In this document: positions 12,353-22,529 of the stretch, one piece after another
How positions within the stretch are numbered: the first letter of the stretch is position 1
Layout of the letters: every line of letters starts with the position of its first letter
Assembly: GCA_015680685.1 (NCBI GenBank)
Contig: MNCI01000673.1
Coordinates: forward strand, 496,253 to 560,252
Direction: 5' to 3'
Length of the DNA: 64,000 bases
Source of the DNA: Gnetum montanum
Lineage: Eukaryota > Plantae > Gnetophyta
The notes under the pieces: generated by a model
Told to the model about the DNA's origin: nothing
The model's input: the letters and a program-made list of their open reading frames with translations, nothing else
Database searches by the model: none
Position numbers and translations under genes: made by a program

Positions 12353-15300
12353 TTATGCATCTCCCTTGTTACCACTATCTCCTGTATCCCCCAGTTCAAC
12401 TTCTACTTCAAGCAGGTCATCCTCATAGGGGCCATCCCTTGCATGAGGAACCCCTTCGTGAGGTAGACCCTCTTTGTGAGGCTCTTCAGTGGGGGATTGC
12501 TCACCATGGCAACGACTAGCTTCATTATGCTCTATTTCCTGTAAACCCTCTTCATGAAGACCACCAACTTCGTTAGCTTCACCCTGTTGAGGATTCTTCT
12601 CAGGTCACTCCTGTGATCAGACATGATACATATATTAACATCATCTTCAAAACTAGGAATAACAAAAATGCAATAATACTGCAAGTTACCTGTGATGGTC
12701 CTGCATTAGTAGCAAAGGGGACTTGTTCTAAGACAATCCATAGATGTTGCATGATTTCATCCTTGGTGAGCTTAGATCAAACCTCGTCCCCTAGATTACT
12801 TCGAGCCTTGACCTTCCCCTTTTCCATGAAAGTCCATCATGGTGGTTCGGGGAAGAAAGAAGGAATGGTAGTCACACCTCCAGGAAGAGTCACTTCCCTT
12901 TCCGGAGAGGCACTCACCATCACTTGTTCCTAGAATTTCTCAAATGCTCTCGAAGCATCAATAACATCAAGGAATAGCTGAAGGGACTCAGCCTCAACAA
13001 CAGAATCCCTATAATATTAATGATAGGTAGTGCTTTCTTGTTTGTAGACCTATTTATGATCTTTTTGTGTCTGCCCCCACTCTTGGATACTCACACTAAA
13101 GTCCTTCCAGTCCTGGTTCTTTTGAGCTAGGAGATCCATTTGCATATGTTGCTCAACTAGTTCATGACTAGTTTGGACACTGTTCCTGATGACACTCCAA
13201 TAATGGGCATATTCAACAATAGTTATCCTCCAGTCCTCACTTCCTATTCCCTAGGCTTGCAAGAATTCATTCCTTGATCTTAAATCCCCAACCTCATCAC
13301 ATAGGGCCACCCTCTCCTTCTCCGACCTTTGCAACCTCTTCCAAAGATCCTCATTTATGCTTTGACATTCCCATAAGGAGTGAGTAGTCAACAATAGTTA
13401 TCCTCCAGTCCTCACTTCCTATTCCCTAGGCTTGCAAGAATTCATTCCTTGATCTTAAATCCCCAACCTCATCACATAGGGCCACCCTCTCCTTCTCCGA
13501 CCTTTGCAACCTCTTCCAAAGGTCCTCATTTATGCTTTGACATTCCCATAAGGAGTGAGTCGAGCATACAACACACTTATGCATCTCATCATAAATGTTG
13601 TGTGGCATGACGATCGCTTCTGATGGGGGTTCAGTGGCATCTAAATCAATAGGCTCTGACAGATCCCATTTGAGGTGAGCTCCTAATAGCATAAAATGAT
13701 AGTTCGGCATAATTAGGTAGTGTAACTCCATAATGACTGTAACGTACTAGCTTCAGGATAAATTCACTCTAAGTGACTGATCATGTCTTGGACGACACCT
13801 TCCATGAAGGTGACTTTATCAGGAAATTCTCCCTAGGATTGAGTCGCCACTATTGCCAAGCGTACGCTCTAGTCACCTATTATGCAGAATACATTCCATA
13901 TAAGGACATGACTGAGACATTACGATGACCAGTACAACCTTTAGAATTTTTCTAAAGTCTACTATGCTATAAGAATTAATTTTATCGAGTAACAAACCAC
14001 TTGCCTTGTCTAGTCCCAGCTGAAAGAACTTTGGCATCCTCAACTACTACTTCCTCTTCCTACGCAGGAGCTTGTTCACTCCTTGCCTTATTGACTGGGG
14101 CCTCTTCTTTCAAAATTGAGGCCCCTTCTCTACACCGTAAGACTATAGTCCCTATTTCAGGGGTCAACCGTTCCACAACCCTTTCCTTCGCTATCATGCA
14201 AAATAGCTAGTTAACATAAGATTTCACTTTTGTTCAACGAATATTATGCTATGCAATGGTGTTTCTACATAAATCATGACCATTGGTATATTTCACCACT
14301 TACTGCCTGAAGGATTACTCTAAAACCTGAATTGCATTTTCTTCCCCACGAAACCCACTGGCTCGGCAGATTCCTTGGTCAAGCGAGACTTTTTCCGTGG
14401 CACTAATGAATCCATTATCTCGACAGCCAGATGCTTCCCCCTCAATACATCGCCAGTGTAAGAGGGGGGTGCCCCACCCACGCTATCTTGGCAGTGTGTT
14501 CGAGGTGCCACCATACTTCTAGTTGTTACCGACAACGACTCCCCGATCCCTTCAGGAGGGTCTTGCAACCAGATAGTGCCGAAGACATGGGAAATCCATG
14601 GTTTGGAAATCTGATTACGGTCCTATTGCACCCAGATCCCATTCCTCTGGACTACCAAAAATTTGGCAAAATGCCAAAAACAAGCTATGAAGAAGGTGAA
14701 ATGCACATTGAAGTGGGACTCAAGCTTCTTCCGAAGCTTGATCATCTCAACGTGCAAGGCTTTGACAAAATAGCTTGCAGAATTGAATCGTGTCCCCTCC
14801 TCTAGGACCTCTCACATAATTCGGGCCTGCTCGATAGTGAGAAATCTCCCTTGTGAGAGTGTCTTGGGAAAGGCCTAGGCCCAGAAAAGGGGGTAAATAC
14901 TATGGGCTACCTCCAACTCGATCCTTTCAGCAAGGATTCCCTTGACTTTCTTCTTAACGCCTAGCCACTCCTCTATCTCTTGCTGGTACTTGGTACTCCT
15001 CTTCGATTTTTCATCTATAGGAAAATCGTTAGAGGGAACGCCAAAGAGATTAGCAAATAGTTGAGTGTCAATGTCAAAATTTACGTGCACATTATGCACG
15101 TGTATGCAGATATGCTTAGCTTCTTTGCTGAAGGAGTTGACTAAGGTCAACATTTCACCTGCAGTAGCATCAGGGGTTATGGCCAAGAAAAGGTCCATTA
15201 ATCTAGCCTCCCGAAGGTTATTGGTTATCACAATTGGGGCCACTCTATGGCTGAGCCAACGTTTGGGGCCTCCTTTATATCACCATAACGGAAGAGGAGA

Positions 15301-16868
15301 CTGTTAGCCTCGTGATGGGAGGCCATGATAGTAATCTCCCGTGATTCCCTAACTACTAACACGAAACAATAGGTAAGTCGACACCAACTGATAACATTGA
15401 CATAATTCATCATCATGATAAAGCTTACCAGGCCTGAAAGGTAAAGGAAACAGAGGAATTTTCCTTGACACATCTGCAACGGTAAGGGGAGGGTCCAAAG
15501 TCCACTCCCTATCTAGCCATCCGAGTTTCTTGCATCTAGAAAAGAAGTTGGCATAATGGGTAGGGTATTCTGGGATCTTGAACACCAGTTTTTCTATGAT
15601 GGTAGCTCGTACATTGCTGATAGAGGTAAACTCCCATATAGCCCTTTCGTTCAATGATAATGTATCATTATTTCCCAAAAGGTCATTTTCATTGATGAAA
15701 AATCTACACCATAGACAATCTCTTTACACTCAATACACATCTAAACAATAGTTAGCACATTACAATACTATGAAGCGAAATGGAACTTACCCACCTGTGT
15801 AATGCACGGTACCAGGTGTATTTTGGAAGTAGGTTGTGAGATGACGAGCCATGAACAAAGTGTTATAGAAGTCATAGCAGTTAAACCTGGGCATCTCCCA
15901 GATCTAGCCCAAATGCCTTAAACACCTAGCACTCTATTCGCAGTCTTGCACCTGCATTGTTTCGATTGCACCATCTGACAAAAATGCCAAGATGCTCTGT
16001 GTTGAACCAACCAATAGCATCTCTAAAATGGTAGTAGCTTCATCACCTGGTAGATGCGACTAGATGATTACACTATAATTACGGAGCAAAAATTGCAAAA
16101 AATTCTACACGCCCCTTCAGAACCAAACTCCCTCCTCCTTTATACGAGCATGAGGAGGAGGAACATTGGCCATGAGAACATGAATGCAGCATAGAACACC
16201 CACAATGTCCAAAACGATTAGGATGGGATTTAGCATAATACTGTACGATAAAAAAAATGTATTACTATCAGACAAACTATTTGGACAGAAAGATTCATCA
16301 CACTACACTAGGGTTCGCACGATTCTCAGAAAATTACAGAGTACACTGGAGACGCATGACCAAAATTGTCCAAACCCTTGCAACAACTCAAGGTTTGTCC
16401 TTGACAACGACGATGAAAGCAACACTGCGTATTACCCCAGCATACTAGATAACTATTACAAATGATAAAAAAGAAAGAAAATAGGACTCCAATTACGCCA
16501 TGCATGGATACAATACTTAGATTTTTTTTAGCTATACATCTACACAGCATTACTCCATACTCCCTAAACTTTCATAATAATACAAAGTCTATCAAACCGT
16601 AATAGCCCAGCTTACGTAAATAAACATTAACGTTTGACGCAACATGCGTATCCAAAATAGAAAAAATGCAACATGCGTATTCAAAATAAAAACAACTACA
16701 ACGCTGTAACAAACGTGACAATAGTGCAAAGGGGTAGACAACAACTTACTGGTTAAGCAGAGTAACTTCCCGAGCCTCTACTCTTGCCTATGAAGCCTAC
16801 TGTAGACTCTCTTGCACTTCATCAATCCTAGCCAACTTGGTGTTCTTTCCTTTGACCTTTGGTGCCAT
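12353..16868 (-). pseudogene. Antisense multi-exon accessory gene of B: basic N-terminus, FCP1/SCP-like (NIF/HAD) domain, PMD-like domain, coiled coil, acidic tail
   Basis: Exons with GT-AG borders: 16868-16750 (MAPKVKGKNTK), 16240-15791 (LIVLDIVGVL...FLQFLLRNYSVIIWSH...YNTLFMARH...FQNTPGT), 15703-15429, 15355-~14304, ~14207-14004, ~13875-13749, ~13684-12690, ~12610-12353. Frame is preserved across the first three junctions; homologous in C, E and F. Confidence 0.85.
13213..13560. repeat. 175-bp near-perfect tandem duplication in the antisense gene
   Basis: TCAACAATAGTTATCCTCC... starts at both 13213 and 13388; one mismatch seen. Confidence 0.92.
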
Positions 16869-17463
16869 GGATGCAATCAAACAAAATCTTCATAAAGTTG
16901 TCTACTCACACTTTACTTACGCTCCCTTATTGCTATAGCCAGATCCAAATTCGCAATATTGGTAACCTATTTTGAGTATGAACCATTAGTTTATAAATAA
17001 AACGCTTGAAACTAACTGATTCTTTCTGCTTGATCGACATAGAACTTTCCCGAAACACTGGTGTCAGTATGATATGGAACACGAAGGTCAGGGCATTAAT
17101 TTAGTAGATATCACACGAGTTATGGTCTGAAATGACCTTAAACTAATACATAGCTTATCACCTCATAATCTAGTTGCATTAACTACTGTCTATACAAAAT
17201 TTTAAATCCAATTATTTCGACACACTAGACATGCCATGTTACATCTTGCAACCTATTTCATATGCTAGCATCTAGGAAGCCTAGCTTGTCATTTCTTTTT
17301 ACAAACTATGCGTAGTTGTAACAGTCCACTAATACCTTAAACTGGAAACTCCTTTGACATGTAATTCTGACATAGAAACAAACAAACATTTATCATTCAA
17401 TAGATTGGCAGAAAGACAATGTAACAACTTCCATTTTTGGCAATTTTGCAAGGCCATTCGTAA

Positions 17464-20400
17464 ATGGATGCAGCTTTAACTACACCCTTAGCCTTGATAG
17501 GGCCACAAGGGAAGATCATTAGGCAGTTCAATCACACGCTAGTAGGAATGAACCTTTCCCTTTACGATGCAACCATAGCAACATTGGAAACATCCCCAGA
17601 CTAGCCAGAACATCTAGCCCAAACACTCAACCTGGAGGCTAGTGATGTAACCGAGGATTCTCTCAGTGAGGTCCCTGTGATTACGCAGAAGGGTGAAAAT
17701 AAAACTCTTAGGGTTAGTTCTCTCCTAGACCAATAGATGAAAAGTGATATAACACAAGTTCTCCAAAACAATGCTGTTGTATTCGCATAGTCATATGAAG
17801 ACATGCCAGGTTTAAACCCAAGATTAATAGAGCACAACATAATCTTAGACCCATGCATCAAACCAATTAGATAGAAGGCACAAAAGATTAAGCCAGAAAT
17901 TATGCTACTAGTGCGTAATGAAATCACCAAGTTGTATTAGGCTGGTTTCATTCACATGGTCGATTACTCAGACTGGGTATCCAACATCGTAGTTATTTCT
18001 AAGAAAATGGGAGGTATACGCATTTGCATAGACTTCTGGGATCTGAACAAAGCTACGGTTAAGGACAATTTTCTGTTACCTAGTATCGACCAATTGATCG
18101 ACACAACAGCTAGTCACGCGCTCCTATCCTTTATGGATAGCTTTTTAGGCTATAATCAAATTCTTATTAATTTAGAACATCAATTGACTACAACATTCAT
18201 GACACCCTAGGGAACCTTCTGTTACACCATGATGCCTTTTGGGTTAAAAAACGTCGAAGCAATGTACCAATGAGCCATGACATACATTTTTAGTGATTAT
18301 CTCTTAGGGAGATTGAATGACTACATAGATGACATACTTGTCAAATCTATAAAGTCAGAAGATCATTTAGAAGACCTAGAGTTAGTCCTTAAACGATGTC
18401 TCAAACATGACTTACGGCTCAACCCAAAGAAATCTGTATTCGGAGTCAAAACTAGATGCATGTTGGGGTTTGTTGTATTAGAGATTGGCATCCGAGTTGA
18501 CTTGAAAAGGTCAAAGCCATCATTGATTTAACGCCACCTACAAACCTCAAGAAACTACGTGGGTTACAAGGCAGGCTTCAATTTATCAAATAGTTCATTT
18601 CAAAGTTAATAGATAAATTACACCCCATGAAACATATTTTGAAGAAGGGTGTTAATTTTGAATGGACATATGACTACCAGTGTGCATTCGAAAATTTAAA
18701 AGAAGAGCTACAACATTTGCCAATAGTTTTCCCACCACAAAGGGATCAGCCTTTTTACATCTATCTAGAAAACTCGGATGTGTCTATAGCTGCGCTACTT
18801 TGCCAAAAGAGAAACGATGGGTCAGAAGCTCCTATCTATTACCTTAGTCACACTCTATTTGCGTACGAGAAAAGGTACAATGAAGTGGAGTGTAACTATT
18901 TGGCATTGGTTTTTGCACTAAAAAAATGTAGGCATTATCTCTTCCGTAGTCAAGTCAATATCATTTGCAAAAATAATGTTCTGCGAGCTATCTCAAACAA
19001 ATTGTTTGAGAGTAGTAGAATAGCTCACTAGAAGGCTATCACAGCAAAATTCGATTTACATTATGTTGGCTAGTCATCCACCAAAGGCTAGGCCATAGCT
19101 GACCAATTAGCAACATTGCCGATTAACGATCAAGCTACAATAGAGGCAGAATTCCCGAATGAACATGTACACAGTTTAAGCCCTATGTCAATAGGCCTTG
19201 AAGCAACGTTATACTTTGACGGGGCCTCAACCACTAGAGGTAGTAGTGCCACCACTGTTATTACACTTTCTCCTGAGGATGTGCATCCATCAGCTTACCA
19301 CCTAACATTCTCTTGTACTAACAATGTGGTAGAGTATGAGGGGCTCCTTATAGGATTGTTGAAAACTAGAGCACTTAAAGTTTAACACTTGGTAATCTGA
19401 GGTGATTTGATGCTTGTCATCAATCAAATCATAGGAGTCTATGCCTACAAGGCCATGCACCTACAGTCCTACTGCGATATGGCTAAAGATCTCCTGAAAC
19501 AATTTGTGACAACCGATGCCCAACACGTGCCACGTAATGAAAACGTTGTGGCCGATGCACTGGCCACATTGGCTCTAAACATGCCACCACACTTGTTTGC
19601 CACTTGGCCCACTTTAATGATAGAATGTGCAGATCCTGTCATTCAAGCAGTACAAATCTATTCATTAAAAGTGGGAGGAACGCCAGGATGGTACGATGAC
19701 ATTAAGAATTACCTTCTACATGGCGAACCACCACACAAGCTAACACATGCGCAAAAAGATGCAGTGCGCAAGCATGCCAGGAAATATGTCATCCTTGGAG
19801 ACAGTACTCTCTGTAGACGCTCTTTCAATGGGGTATTACTTACCTGCGTTAACAGTGACCAAGCACAACGAATAGTGTCCACAAGGGGCTGTGCAGAGGA
19901 CACGTAGCCCCACGAGAAATGGCTGCTAAAATCAGACGCCTAGAATATTATTGGCTATACATGGAAAAAGACTGCCTTGTCAAGGTTAAGACATGTGACA
20001 CCTGCCAATGTTATGCAAATCTAATACACGTGTCACCAATTGAGTTGCACACTACACAGATTACTTGGCCATTCCAACAATGGGGACTAGATATCATAGG
20101 TCCCATCGCACCCAAATCTTCCGTAGGGCATAGCTTCATTATCACCACCACTGAGTATTTCACGAAGTGGGTTGAGGCCATTCCCCTATGGAAGATCACA
20201 TCTCAGTAGGTTTGCCATTTCATCTTAGACAATATAGTAACTAGATTTGGACTTCCTATGACTATTGTGACTGATAATGGGCCATAATTTAGTAGTAAAG
20301 AAACCAAATCCTTTTATGATAATCTTGGCATCAAGCAGTCTTTTTCTTCACCATATTATCCCCTCAAGCAAATGGTCAAGCAGAAGCAACAAACAAGGTA

Positions 20401-20925
20401 ATCATTAATTTTCTTAAAAAGATTCTCAGCAACAATAAAAAATGGTGGCATGAAAAAATCCTCTACGTGCTATGGGCATATCGTATGACCTACAGAATAG
20501 CTATAGACAGGACACCCTATAGCCTAGTCTATGGATCCGAAGCAGTGTTTCCCTTGAAATTCCAAGTTCCCTCATTGTAGATGGTCCTATCCATGGTTAT
20601 AAATGAGACTCAGCACAATGAGTCTAGAATCGTGGATTTGGACTCAGTAGAGGAGAAGTGCATCCAAACGCTCGACACCATTGAAAGATATTAGGAAAAA
20701 CAAAGATAGAAGCATCAGCACAATCTGCACTAGCAATTGATCAAGAAGGGATACTTAGTTCTCAAGGCCATTCGTGAACCAATAGGCAAGTTCTCTACGA
20801 ACTGGGAAGGCCCTTTCTTAGTCATCGACACATATGGTAACAGAGCATTCAAGTTATCAGATATCGACAGCAACGAGCTACCAAATCTAGTGAATCATTT
20901 GTATCTCAAATGGCATCACATCTAA
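17464..20925 (+). pseudogene. pol: pol of element B: RT - RNase H - archaeal-type RNase H (aRH) - integrase (disrupted)
   Basis: WVSNIVVISKK..GIRICIDF, YIDD, RNase H PIYYLS..EKRY, aRH LYFDGAS...TNNVVEYEGL, integrase CDTCQ/WGLDIIGP/EYFTKWVEA, NWEGPF; no chromodomain. Confidence 0.95.
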
Positions 20926-20956
20926 GCATCGACTCGGCTCAAACTCAGGTAACAAA

Positions 20957-21320
20957 CGTCTGCTACGATGTAAAACTGGCAAAGTTGTAAACATCTGCTA
21001 TGACGTAAAACTGACATTTTTTGCACATGTCCACCAAGATGCTAAAATGGCAAAGTTTTTGACCGTCCGCCATGACGTGAAACTAGCAAGGTAAGCACAC
21101 GTCTACTGAGATGATAAACTAGCATAGAATTGTCCCTAGGTCATGACATAAAATTGACACCCACAGCATGGTCTTCTAGGACCATAAACTAGCCCTTCCA
21201 CCATCCGCTATGATGTAAAACTAGCAAATATCAATCTGCCCAGATGTTAAACCAGGACCACGATTTGCTGAGACTTAAAGCCAGCAACAACGGTCAACCA
21301 AGAACCTAAACTAGAATCTG
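20957..21320 (+). repeat. 3'UTR array of ~11 GTCYGCYAYGAYGTAAAACTRGCA units with variable spacers
   Basis: Units visible every ~28-41 bp directly after the pol stop codon. Confidence 0.85.
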
Positions 21321-22513
21321 TCAATAGGAAATTCATGAAGCAAGCAAGCATGATCACTCTTGCACTACATCCCTACCAGATGGAGCAGGCAAGGCATTGG
21401 AATAGACACAACATAGTTACCCCATCGGCATCCTACTAATTCCTTGAACATGCTGAAAGGCATACTACTGACCCCTTGGAGATGTTGCTACAACAGCCAC
21501 TTCTTAGTTGCTGCTCCTGGGATCAACTTCGCCACTTGGGACCCTAAAGAAACTATGGCCATCCATAGTCTCAACGGCCTCCATCCATCACCGTCACCAG
21601 ATTCTAGCTTAGCAGATTCATCTGACATGTTCTTTGCACAGTCCTTTGAGCAAGATGAATCTGGCCATTGATGGAAACTTTATGAACCACGACATCAACA
21701 TTGACATCCTTGCTCCTTGCTATGGTCCTTGTTTCAATGGTCTACACTCTCCTTGTCACTTTGGACAGTGCTTGTTTCAATAGCCTCCTTCCTTAGTGAT
21801 CAGGACGTTTATTTCTGGCTCTCTGTTCTTTGTTATGTTTAGCAGGTTACTTGTTACAACAGCATTGATTGAGAACACTTTCATTGGAAGGTGAGGTGTT
21901 GTGGCATTCTAAGGTGGTTGCTCAGACTAGCCTGGCTACTTAGAAGTGCAAACCCTACCTCTTCCTCCATCAGATGCCTTACTTTATTTTCCTCTTTCCT
22001 TATCCTTACAATTATCCTTACCTTCGTCTCTGCTTGTACAGAACGTGAGCATTAAGTCAATCCTTTTGCATCATCATGTCCACGAATAGGCATAACGCAG
22101 CTCACCTTGTGGGATGAAATCTGCACTTTTTCTAAAAAGAAGAAAGTGCAAGGGGTAACACTTGGCAAAATGGATGTAAAACAACTCATCCAGGCCATGC
22201 GGGTGTAACATAACTCATCCTTGCAGGCCCCCCCCATACGCGGTATGCTGACGTAACCTTTCGCAAACACATTAGCGAAAGGATGTAATGACTTGATCGA
22301 AAAAGCTTCATGTTCACTTATTTGAGTCTTCCTCGAACCTACCATCTCTAACTCCTGTAAGATCCCTCCTATACCCTATGGCCCTCCATCCTTGCACTTC
22401 TAAGTTGGACAAAATCACATTTAAGTAGTCTCCGATAGACGTTGTTGATGCCTTTACCTTTCTGGTGTTTCGTATTCTTTGTCGATGTCTTTTGGAAAAG
22501 CTCTCTAAACATC

Positions 22514-22529
22514 AACAAAGAGGGGCCAC
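22514..22529 (+). promoter_or_regulatory. Polypurine tract of B
   Basis: AACAAAGAGGGGCCAC immediately before the 3' LTR TG; near-identical tract in F. Confidence 0.85.

Noticed and set aside
12353-16868. Antisense gene as an env-like gene or a resident host gene
   Set aside because: It is antisense, lies between PR and RT, shows no signal peptide or clear TM anchor, and recurs at the same position inside four elements.
20737-20925. Chromodomain after integrase
   Set aside because: Pol stops ~35 aa after the GPF/GPY motif in both B and F.
20957-21320. CRISPR-like repeat-spacer appearance of the motif arrays
   Set aside because: Repeats are degenerate, spacers are only ~5-17 nt, there are no cas genes, and the context is a plant retrotransposon UTR.
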